Source: Amoebophrya sp. A120 (lineage: Eukaryota > Protista > Dinoflagellata). Taken from it: 64,000 bases of DNA. The notes below the pieces were generated by a model, which was not told the DNA's origin, did not search any database, and was given only the letters and a program-made list of their open reading frames with translations. A program made the position numbers and the translations under genes. The number at the start of each line of letters is the position of its first letter. Position 1 is the first letter of the stretch. Below are positions 47,286-58,400 of the stretch, one piece after another. Where the stretch lies: positions 5,166,242 to 5,230,241 of the forward strand of contig CAJINV010000004.1 in the NCBI GenBank assembly GCA_905178155.1, in the 5' to 3' direction.

Positions 47286-50200
47286 TCACCAGTCTCCCAA
47301 CCCGGCTTTGTAAGCTTGATCTTCCGAAGAATAGCTCTCGTTGAAAGCGACCTTGTAAGGCATTTGCCACCACCTACCGGTCCAACCATCGCAGCCGGCG
47401 TCCGCCTGGGCTGTGCTGTTGTAGAAGGGAATCAGGTAGTCCGAGTAGGTGCCGCAGCTCGGGTTCCAAACCCACGCGGAGGCTACGATGCTATTTACCC
47501 CGTCGGCAATCGTCCCGAAGGGATCCCGTTTCGTCGTTCCGAAAACACTGTATCCTGTGTAAAAAAATCCCCACCCCAGAGTTGTCATGCAGATCTGCAA
47601 GCACAAGTGCATTTGTAATGCGCATCCCCATGATAGGCATTCCCGATCGTGTTCTGGAACTTGTAATGCTGTAAACAGGATAAGCAGATGGATTTGTAAT
47701 GCGACATCCCTTGCTAAACTGCATTACAATACAGCCTGCAATTTGGCATGCGTGGCTCCCAAAACTTCAAGGTTTGTGTTGCAAAATCCTCATCTTGACT
47801 CTGGTGTGGGGACGTTTTTCCTTAGGATACACTGCCTGGGTGCAAGACGTACGCGTCGTTACCTTCTTGCGCCTGCAACGCGCCGAGGAGGGGCCACAGG
47901 GGCAAGCCGAAAACAAAGAGCATGGCAAGAACCTCGGACAGATACACCGCCCGGGGCAACAGAAGACTGGCGGCCTTCGGGATCAACCGCCCGCCGGCCG
48001 CTATCGTGAGAAAAAACTGTCTCAGTACAGTCCCAAGCCTACTTTGCAGATTCAGCAGTACAAGCTTGCTCAACAGCATCACACGGAAAATAATGAACTG
48101 TGATGCGTCGACAACTGAGACAGTTTTTTCTCAGAATAGCCGCCTCGCCCTGGTAACTTTCTTGGTCCACGGAATGCTGCAACACGTGGCACAGGACGGC
48201 AAAAACGGCGCAAAAAACCCATCCGAGAAGGAGGCACAGCACACGCCCAAAGTACTTCCAGGGGCGCACCAGCATCGCGGCCGCCTGCGCCTTGGGTCCC
48301 CCGCAGAAGTCGCTCGCCACATAGGAAAGCTTGTGCAGACCTGCTGCGAGTTTTTCCTTGCCGTCGACTTCTTCGCGCTCGCTGGGAGTCAGGCCGAAGA
48401 GCACCATCCGGATGTTCACGCGTTCGCTCCAGACCAGCTGCCTGGTTTCGAAAACCAGCAAGAGGCCCATCGCGAGAAGCACTACCCTGTGAAGCTGAAC
48501 CATTATCCAAGGAAATAAAGAGTGTTTCGTTTACAGCATTTACACATTTGTAGTGAAAGCAGCATCATGACAAAGAAAACTTGCAATGCGGAGATCACAA
48601 GGCAAAACACACTTAAAGAGGACGAGGTAAAGAGGACGAGGTTCGCAAGCATTTTGCGCACCATCAGAGAGATTGGTTTATTGTCTTCACATGTTTTGCA
48701 ACACAAAAATGTGTAACCGTCACACTTTTTTCTTTCCATAGCCATGTACTTCCGCGTGCGCTTCCATGTACTGCCGCGTACAAGGAATCTAGACGTGACC
48801 GGGGGGGTCACGTCCGTCCGGCCGGCCGGACGGACGGCACGTGACCGGGGGTCGGTCGTGGCGCTAGGAGGTGGTGGCCGCGGTGGACCGCGCGCCCGGG
48901 CAACTAAAAAAAAGCAATTATTTGCGCAGCAAAGAGGTTGGTTTGTCTTCGCATGTTTTGATGCAACACAGTGTGCATTAACCGTAACACTTTTTTTATC
49001 AAAGAAAAAAAGTTCGTCACGATCACTCATGCGCATTCTTGCAATACAAAATTGTTTGTCATGCGCAAAAATGCATCACAACCAAACTTCATTAGGGATT
49101 TCCCTAGTGTTTCTGCAATACAAGGAAAGTTTGTGATGCTGAGAAAATTTGTAATGCAAAACCTGCAAGTTAGTGACTGTGACAAACTTTTTTCTCTCCA
49201 TATTTTTCTTTCCATAGCCATGTACTTCCGCGTGCGCTTGTCGTGGAGGGCAGCGACGTCTATGGCGTTCTCAAATTTTAACATTCTCAACTGTTACACG
49301 AATCTGCCATGCAAGAATGGCAACAATGAAAGTGGCAAGAGTGCAGCTTTCGCATCACAGATTTTCCACAGATTATCATGTGTTTAGCCCTTCGAAAATG
49401 TATCATGCTAAGCACCTTGACCAAGTGGAGGCTGATGCCAATTTTGCATGACAAATCTTCCGTGTAACAGTTGAGAATGTAAAAACAGTTGAGAATGCCA
49501 TAACTTCGGCAGCTTGGTTCGACCGGGCGACTCGGCTGGCCGCTAAGGAGCCGTGGTCCGGCAGCTCAGCGTCGTTATCATTGATGTTGTCCCCCTGTCG
49601 ATGGTCTTCGTCGTTGTAGGTTGCGCTCGGAATCGCAGCGGTTATCAGCATCAAAATCGTCGGCAGGATCAGCCACAGAACACGCAGCACGAGATTCCAG
49701 AAAGGTTCCGTCTGGAGTGTTGTGAGATACAAACTGTTCTTGCTCTCGGCCCCGCTGTGCATTTTGTCACACTCCCTGTCGTACAGCACCACCGTGTAGC
49801 GGGAGAGAAGCACACACACCTCGTTGATGATCAGACAGGTGGTGAAAATGCGGCCCTCCGCACTGTCCGCCCGCTGTGTGACGGAGGATAAGGTTCCCAT
49901 GTAAACAAAATTCCAGGGCATCACGTAGTACACCATCCCCTCGCTCGTCCTCCGCGGTTTATCTTCTTGCTGCAACGTGGCCGCGGCAAGGGCTAGCGAC
50001 ATACGGCTAGTACTACTCTCGTGCTGGTGGTCCTCATCCCGGTCAACATTTTTCGGAGACGTCGCCGGTCCCTGCATCGTGGCGGCTAGGGTTAGCGACA
50101 TACTGCTGCTTTCGTGTAGTTGCTCGCCATGATCCACACCATGGAGGTCGTCCGCCGGCACTTCTTGCTCCCTTGGGCCGCCGACAGGCAGCACCATCTG

Positions 50201-51457
50201 CGTATCGTCCGGGTGGCCCTCGTCCGGTGGAGGTTCGTACTCCATTGGGAAGAAGACCAGACGGGTGGGCAACAAGATCCCGACCAGTACCGCCGCGTAG
50301 CCGCAGGCGAGGAAAACCACCGTGAACGCGTATTCCAGCCGGGACATCGCGAGCAAATACGTCAACGCTCACTCCAGCAGGGTCTCGAGCAACGCGAGCA
50401 GGTCGCGCACCACACGAACGGCCATCTGCCCTTTGAGCCGCACATCCGACACATTGTCAGCGTTGGTCGTCGTGTTCGTGTGAAGACCGTGACTCCCCCG
50501 CTCTAGGTCCGTCAGTGTCGCGTTTGCCGCTGTCAACAGCGTGAACAGCGACGATTCGGACGTCTGCAGCCTTGCCACCGACGCGGCCAACTGCGAAGCA
50601 AGCTGCTGCTCAACTTCTACCGGGGATAGCGACTCGGCTTTTTGCACCACACGACCCGTTTGCTTGTTTTTGATAGTACCATCGACGGGGTCAAGTAGCT
50701 GCAACGCGGAGCTTAGGGCCGGACTGGAGGTTGCTGTGGTACTAGTGGAGCTGCCAGAGGAACTACTACTGAGAGGGTAGTTGCTGCCAGCAGTTGTTGT
50801 AATATCAGAGTAAATCTGAAGTTGATTCGCTCCACCAGCAGGAGCGTACAGGGACGCAGTGCTGTCCCTTTTTCTTTCTTCTCGCAAAATTGTTTCCTGC
50901 TGGACGTCGAGGAGAAAGCTGCGGCGCTGCGTGTTTTGCTGCAGTGCGGTGTAGTAGTCGTCGTGGTCCCCGTCGTGGTTGATACGATCTTCAGACAGCA
51001 CGACCACATTCCCCGTCGTTGTTCCGAGAAAAACAGAAGCAGAATCTTGATCTTCTCGTTTTCTGTGTTCATCAGCATCGCGGCCATCTCTGCGTCCGGC
51101 CGTGGCCCCTTGTTGCCCTGGCGTGGTGCCCTCGTCTTCTTGAAGCTGTTCCCCTGCTGGAAGATCCGTCGTCTTGTGAAGACCGTGCTGAGGAGCAAGC
51201 AAGCGTGTGGCTAGTAGCCGCTCTACTGGAGGATCACCACGACGAGGATGCAAGTCCGTTGCAGTAGATGAAGAACCGCGACGCCGAAACTGCCTCGAGC
51301 TTTTGTAGGTCTCGTCATGATCTCGTCCGGAGATGTTATTTTCCGCGAGAACGGTACCAGAAGGCGCACTAGCACCGAGCAGCAGGTACTGCGCGAACAA
51401 GGACAAGGAGTAGCCCGATCCTGCTCTCGTCATCTGGGATCGCGGCGACTTCCCCAT
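47286..51457 (-). CDS. Multi-pass membrane protein, paralogue B (~926 aa if the in-frame TGA at 50369-50371 is read through); four introner introns
   Basis: Exons 51457-49503, 49255-49217, 48498-48139, 47996-47830 and 47545-47286 sum to 2781 nt; colinear with paralogue A. Confidence 0.8.
47551..47829. mobile_element. Introner, TATCCTGTGTAAAAA family
   Basis: Perfect CACTG duplication; removing 284 nt joins HPGSV|FGTT; homologous to 60938 and 62346. Confidence 0.93.
48002..48138. mobile_element. Short introner with TGAGAAAAAACTGTCTCAGT TIR
   Basis: Perfect GCCGC duplication; removing 142 nt joins GEAA|GGRLIPK. Confidence 0.93.
48504..49216. mobile_element. Compound introner with a duplicated right end (48740 and 49216), a captured exon fragment and a GC-rich palindromic insert
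   Basis: Flanks ACCAT/GCCAT; TTTCTTTCCATAGCCATGTACTTCCGCGTGCGCTT occurs at ~48729 and ~49205; join RKYM|VQLH. Confidence 0.82.
49261..49502. mobile_element. Introner, TATGGCGTTCTCAAA family
   Basis: TATGGCGTTCTCAA / TTGAGAATGCCATA; flanks ACGTC/ACTTC; removing 247 nt is in frame; interior homologous to 18793-19027. Confidence 0.92.
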
Positions 51458-52672
51458 GTTGTAAACCTAAACTCTACCTAGTGGATCGCAGGAAATAAAA
51501 GTGCGGAGCAAATAATGTGTCGTGCGTTACGTAAACATATCCTCAACTAGCAGCGCGCCATCGTCTGCCTTCATCTTAGGTCGTTGCTGACCATACTTAC
51601 ATTGTGGATAATATGGAAGAAGAAAACAATCTCAGTCTACTACCGGAGTGAAAACAATCTCAGTTTGCTACCAGTGTGATTCAGTTACTTACTTCTAAAA
51701 TCCTAAAAAGAAAAACGAATTCTGGGTACTTTTTGATATGATATAGTGACCTCACAGGTGGCCTTGCCCTTACATTCACGACTTTTTTCAGTACGAAGAT
51801 GCGTAACGAACTACCATTCAAGTAATATCGGTGGAAACAACGACGACCCTGTATTTACGACCCAGTCAGTGCAGGAGCATCTCATGGCAACTGCGATAAT
51901 TTGGTTGTAGCGAAACGATGGACGCTAGGAAGAGCGAGTGTAGTTGAAGTTGAACTTGAAAACATATAAATTACAAATCCTACACGAGGACATCACACGA
52001 AAATTTCAATAAGTAGTTTATCCTGTGTACCTAGATACAACGAAAACCCGCCCACCTCATAGTCGTCAAGAAGTACGGATGAGCTCTGCTATTTTGCACT
52101 GCAAAATGATCCCACAGACCACCGAGCACTGCAGCGGAGGCAAACAAAGTGCGGAAGTCTGTAAATGCTATTCACAAATCTCTAGTGCCAGGTTGCGACG
52201 CGATACTGAGAACACAAGGTTGGACCGGAAAAGCCTGAGTTGTCACCAACCCGGGCGAGTAAGAGAAAAGTTCTGGTCGTGGTCACTCTTAACTTTTGAA
52301 ATGCATTTCTTGTTGCCTCGGTCTGATAAACACGTGGCATTATGTAGTCCCCCGTCGCGATGGGCATGGGTTTCGGTCTACTAGTACTACTAGCATCACT
52401 TGATTATAAATGACCGTCATCCTTGTTCTTTGCGAGTGCAAGACTTCCCCTCCTCCTCAGTTGAAAGTGACGGACAGCAATACAAACGCCAGCGGACACA
52501 GCGCCTGTGCATAACAAGGTCAATAGCAATACACATACAGTGCTTGTTTCCAGCTTCTGCAATTTCAATTTCTCATGCAAATAATGACACAAGGCAGCAA
52601 ATCAGCGAGGGCGACCGGATTTGGCAACAAGATATCGCATGACAAATGAGGGAGAAGAAAAGTTGCGCATTG

Positions 52673-54478
52673 TCATACGTTTCTTGTTGTGTCTCCGCGC
52701 AGTCGTCGCGCTAGATTCATGTCCTTTGGCATGATGGTGACCCGCTTCGCGTGCAGGGCGCACAAGCTGCGAATGATTTGACGGTGAAGTGGAGATCACA
52801 TTCGAATGGGATACGCATTTTCATTTTTCACCTGTGCTTTATCAGATATCACGCAGCAACGAAAACCGACGACTCGATAAAACAAAGCTGCTGATATCTA
52901 AACGCTTCGATACAGATGTTGAAACAAACACGGTCGAACTTCTACAACAAAGACTTCGGAATAATGTTGTAAAAATGATACTTTGTGTCCTCGAGAAGCC
53001 CCACCATGTAGGCTTCTGTCGCCTCCTGTAAGGCTTGCAATGCTTGGCTGGTAAACCGCACCTTCCCGGAACCATCCTCAAGGGCGTCCACGGTGTCGCG
53101 CACGATCCGCTGGAACGGCGTATGCATTTCAAATATGTCTGGGCCTGGAAAGAATGGGATTTGTGATGCTAATCTTCTATGCTACAAAACCCTGTGTTGC
53201 ATGAGCAGCAAAAGGTGCTTGGAATTTTTCCAGCCGAAGCTGACATTTCTCATGCAGGATAGGCATGAGCAACCCGTCGCGAAAGGTGTGCTGACGCTAG
53301 AGCATGCATTACAGGCAACGCGGGTAATGTACAATTGTGCATGACAAACTCCCCCAATCTTCCAGATCCAGACATATTTGCATTTGATACGGCGCGCGCC
53401 GGATCAACAGATCTGTCGACTTTTGCAGCTTTCGGATCTCTTTCGCCACTGCTTCGCCCGGCATCGCCCGCTTCTTGTGCTTCACGACGATGACCGGTGC
53501 GGATGATTTTGATGAATTTATATTTGAATTTTTGCTCTTCATCACGCTCTGCGCCGTCGTTGCGCTGGGCGGGAGCAGGGTTGCCATAGCTGCGTGCTGA
53601 TGATGTAGTAGTTCTTGCTGTCCGTGGGACGAGGATACGCTATTTGTCTGCAGATAGTTCTGCTTGTTACCGCTTGCATTTTCTTGTTGATACTGCGCGA
53701 GAACTCCGGTATCATACGAATTCGCTACAACAACGCCACCGCTAGTAGAACTACTTCTACCAGCCCCGGTCCCTGCTGCGCCTTCCGCGACGACTATGCT
53801 GCTTTCGGCTAGTACATCTTGTGAAGAAGTAGCAGGTGTCAAATAACCGTGCTGCGGCTGGTCGTGATGTGGCGGGTTTGATGCCAATACAAGTTGTTCT
53901 TGTTCTTTATTTCCCGTCGAAGCTGTTGTGCTGGCACCAGCACCACCAGCCCCCGCGAAGATAGAAGAAGTTGCACTATCTTTATTCTGCGACGGCTGGT
54001 GTTGAGCTGCAAGGTGGTGCCGAACATCGTAAGAAGGCGCAGCATAAGGTCGGTGCGCGACCTGGCCTCCCGTCTGCTGAGGCTGGTGCAGCATCTGGTG
54101 ACTGCTGCTACTCGCAGAAGTCGCTGCTCCGCCGAGAGCTACACCTCCTCCTCCTGGGGCCGCAAGATTATATGTCGAGTTGTTGTAAACCGCATAATTT
54201 TGGTAGTTGCTAAAAGAACCGCTGGTGTAGTTCTGCTGAGAACAATTCTGGCCGTGAAGTAGATTATGGCCGTGGTTTAATATTACGGCGTGTCCGTGTC
54301 CTGAACCATTCAGCTCCATAGCGGGGCTCGTGTGCTGATTCAGAAGTTGGTCGGCCGCCGGAAGGTGGGCGGCTTTTTGCCCATGGTGGGTGTCGCCCGT
54401 GGTTGTTCCAACAGGTGGTCCGCCATTGTTCGAGGCGGCATTCACACCTATGTGAGGCGTTTTTTTTGACCGCGCCAT
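52673..54478 (-). CDS. Divergent histone H3 variant (CenH3 candidate), ~438 aa with a ~330-aa N-terminal tail; exons 54478-53390, 53115-52982, 52766-52673
   Basis: MARSKKT start. Histone fold [17 protein letters not shown]|FQRIVRD...[25 protein letters not shown]|[25 protein letters not shown], assembled via one introner and GT-AG intron 52767-52981. Confidence 0.92.
53121..53389. mobile_element. Introner, TATCAAATG..GTCTGG family, inside the histone fold
   Basis: Perfect CGGCG duplication; removing 274 nt restores the conserved PFQR. Confidence 0.95.
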
Positions 54479-55446
54479 GGTCTTGCGTCTCTGAGATAAA
54501 TAACTAGAACTAGAAGTAATTACTTGCTCAACCAAAAAAATATAGATAAAGTGAAAAATGCAACTCGCACTTACTTGTTCACTACCAACAAGCCTCGGGC
54601 TGCCACTGAAATATAACGCAGATTTAGATTTTGACATAATTCTATGGCATCAAACCTTAACCTTCTTGAGGTTAGTAAATAAAACACACAAAGAAGTGAG
54701 GAGTTTGATTCGAGCATTTCGAAAATCCGACAGGGTAAGTACGACTAGTACAACAACTGGTACGAACTGAAAACAGCAGCAGATACACTGTACATATCGC
54801 TGTTCTGACGTCGACCAATTTCAATCTGAAACTTCCATCACGTACTCCGAGAAAGTTCGGAAAACTTAAACTTGTCAAAAACCGAGGATAGAGATAAGTA
54901 CTTCCAACCACAAAGGTTGTTCACCTTGGATCCGACCACCACACAACATCTTCAGATCGCTTTCGCTCCTACTGTGCAATATGATAGTCCTGAAGTAGAT
55001 CTCAACAAGAAATAGATGCAAAAGGAAAAGCTGATCGTGAGACGAGTAAAATTCTACACCAAGCACATCTGCGGTGACCGGCTTTGTTCCGAAATGATTT
55101 CGAGATTGAAGAACAGCGCAACATGCTGCCTGGCGAGGTGGCATGCGGGCGGGTTGTCGCGTATGGATACGACGCGAAATGCGCTTGCTTTTGTTCTTTC
55201 CAAGAACGGCGGCACCGTTTTGCTTTGTCCTTCCGTCGGCAAGAACCACGTGCTGGTACTACCGTGGGGCAAACTACGAACTTTCGTGTAGTTCGGTCAC
55301 ACGTGTAAGTCACAGACAAGTGGTACACGACTGTCGTGTTCCTTTTTTCCGTTTTTTGCGTCGAAAAAGGACAAAGAACGAAGCGACTCGGATAAGTGCT
55401 TCTAAGTAGATGCTGAGTGTTGTTCAAGAAAAATTTCAATGGAGAT

Positions 55447-58400
55447 TTATTCGACACGTGGCAAGACGACAGTGTCTATGTAAACGTTGTTCCGTTCCCA
55501 AAACGCTTCCTGCTCCTCGTCGTCGTCCTGCTCCCTTGCCAAGTAGCGGTCGATGTACCCCCTTGCCAAGTTGCGACCACCCCGAGCCGAATTCATCCCC
55601 ACCTTTCGCAAGGCCAACATCGTTCCGCTCTCGTCCGGCGCGGTCAGGCCCCAGGTCGCAGAGAAGGAACTGTGGTAGTTCTTCACTAAGATTTGGGAGG
55701 GAAACTCAGCAGGTCGTGGTGCACCGACGTAGTTCTTAGCTTGTTGTTCATCTTTATAATCCGCAGGAGTTCGAAGCGACTCGTCGTCGTAGTTCTCATG
55801 TAGTTCTACTTGACTGCTAAACGCCGAGTAGTGCAGCGTGCAAAACACCCTATTGGTTCCGCGTAACCGGTGCAGCTGCACGACTAGGGGTCCAACGGAC
55901 GGCTGCTTTTTGTCCGCAATAACGACGAAATTTTTGTGGACCGAAGCTGTCATGAACTGCGCGTTGAACCGCGGCTTGTTCTTACTCGCCGTGAACGCGG
56001 CAACGTCTTCCGGGGAATTTTTCACAATCGAATCCGTCGGCTCGATGATGTTATTCGTGGGGAGAATTTGGTCTAAATGGAGCTCCTCCACATTTTCTGT
56101 AGTTTCATCACCGTGCCCTTCGATTTTCTCGTCGTCGTCCACCCTCAGTCGATTCTTCTCATCATCTCCCTCGCCGGAGGATGAAATGCTTTCTTGTCCA
56201 GCTTCGCTCTCGTTTGGCGTAGTATACGTTTCACCTTGCGGCCGACGGCTGCTGCTCGACGAACTGGAAGGATAGCCATCCTTTTCCGATTTTTTTGTCT
56301 CCTTCTTCTTCATCCCGCCAGCAGCAGTACTTCTTCTATCAACGTTCTTTCCCAGTTTATTTAGCTCCGCAGTAGAGCTGCAACTTCTCCCCGCAAGAAG
56401 CTTGCCGAGGGGCGACTGCAACATCATCTTCGACGTGGACAACACAGAGTCTTCGGCACTACTTTTTCCGTTTGTGCTATCGTAGTTCACCTTGCGAAGG
56501 AACATCAATTCCGCCCTGCGCTCCTCCATCGCCTCCAGGCAGTATCTGGGCTGGACCGCGCGAAGCACTGCGATTTCCGAGTCGCCCGTAAAGCCCAAAA
56601 CGACTTCCTCCGTGCGATTCGAACTTATCACGTACTCCGCCAGCTCCGGGTAGCCGCGGGCGAGCGGGCGGATAGAGAAGATGATCTCCGTGGCGGTGAG
56701 GAATTTGAGGCAGTTGACCATGATCTGCGCGGGCAGATCCACGGACGGCGTGTCAGTCTCAGTGTTAGTGTCTGGGAAATTGTTATTGTACCCCTCTTTA
56801 TTCCAAGAACCACCTCTAGTAGTTCGATTCTTTCCCCCCTTCGCGCTCCACACTTGCCGCATCTGCCTCCATGCCGCATTCCAGAACTGCAGAGAAACAT
56901 CCGTCATCTTTGCTCGCTCTTCCTCCGACAGAGCGAAATCTGGATGCTTCGGCGCGGGGCACCGCCGAATGATCGGATACAGGGTTTTTTGCTTCGCCGC
57001 GCGCTTGAATAGTAACTTCGAACAGGAGGTTCTACTTTGTTCGTGGGTGGTACGATTGTTCTTGCAGCTCATTTTGCGATATAGAGGCTTCATTTTGCTC
57101 GTCTTCGAGTACTTCTCAAACATCTCCTTGCGCAATTCCGGCACGGGAAATTGCCCGTGCGGTGTCATGCTGGCGATCAGGAGGTCTTTTCGGTACTGCG
57201 CTCGGTCCTTCTCCGCCCGGGACAAGAACGGGACATTGGTGTGGTCGACGTCATCACCCTCGCCGACGTCGCGCTCGAATCTCATCGGGTCATTTAACCG
57301 TGCTTCCCAGGGACGAGAATCCTCACTGCCTCCTCTACTGCTCGTCCCGTCGGAATCGAGATCCATCTCGTCGTCCATCTGCTCCTCTGACAAAGAAAAG
57401 TTATCTTCATCGACCGAAGAAGAGCCTGAATTTTCATCCACTTCGGACGATATTTCTCCGCTCCTGCTTGATTTTATTTCAACATTCCGATGGACAACAA
57501 CATCATCTTCCGTGTGGTTGCTATCATCGTCCCCACTCGAAGAAGAAGACGTGGCCAAGGAGGAGACTGCGGATTGCTCGACTAAGTTTTGTTCTTTTCC
57601 TGCCGCTGGTGCAGGAGGAACAAAATCGTGGTCGCGCGGCGTCACATAGTTCGACAGGGGTACAACATCTTCAACCTCCATATTATTCTCCTCGTGATCT
57701 ACTTCGCTGTTTTGATGTTCTTCCTTAAGATTGGTCGTGTTACCCGTCAAGGAAGCTGCTGAAAATTGAACCTCCTGTTGGTCCGCCTGGTCGTGGTTTT
57801 CTTCTTCCGCGCTCACTTCCTCCATGGGTTCGTAGTACAACTCCAGCTCGTGGTTCGAGCGGTGTGTCGTGGAGGTGGCAGACGGCTGGGGCTGCAGCGG
57901 CTCTCCTTGCAGCTGCCCTTTGCTATCAACACTTCCTAGAGCTGCAGACGAGGAGGAGGAAAAGAGATCTCCCAGCAAGGGGCTGTCCCTGTTATTTGAT
58001 TTGACGCGCTTGGCACTGGTCCGGCTCTTCCCCTTAACTTCCGTGGTCTTGTTGCAGCTTTTGGGGTTGATAGAAAAAGAGCTGTTGTTCAACATCTCTG
58101 CAGTTGTGTTTTTGCGACCATCCACAACAAGGTCGCTCGCTCTTTGATCGCAAACTTTGGAGGACATCAAAAAAGTGGACGAGGTACTACATTGTTGTAA
58201 GCCAGACTCTTTTGCAGCTGCGCCGTCAGTTCTCTGTCTTCCCTGATTGAATGACAGCGACGCCAGGAGTTGTGCCTGCACCTCGGGACGACGCTCGTCT
58301 TCCTCCGAAGACATCGATGCCTCTTCGCCCTCAAACTCGGCCCGAGACCGTTTTGGCGACACCGAACTGTTTCGTTGGGAGGCGGCAGCGACTGAAGAGG

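Noticed and set aside
21696-51680. Small tandem duplications (25 bp at ~21696, 19 bp at ~42789, 28 bp at ~51622)
   Set aside because: Two-copy local duplications consistent with ordinary slippage.
52840-52980. TATC...GATA segment in the second H3 intron as an introner
   Set aside because: No 5-bp duplication or extended TIR; a canonical GT-AG intron (52767-52981) restores EDTNLCA exactly.
56681-57649. Long plus-strand ORFs (also e.g. 36209-36991 and 59115-59813)
   Set aside because: Antisense shadows of long minus-strand coding exons with no independent motifs.
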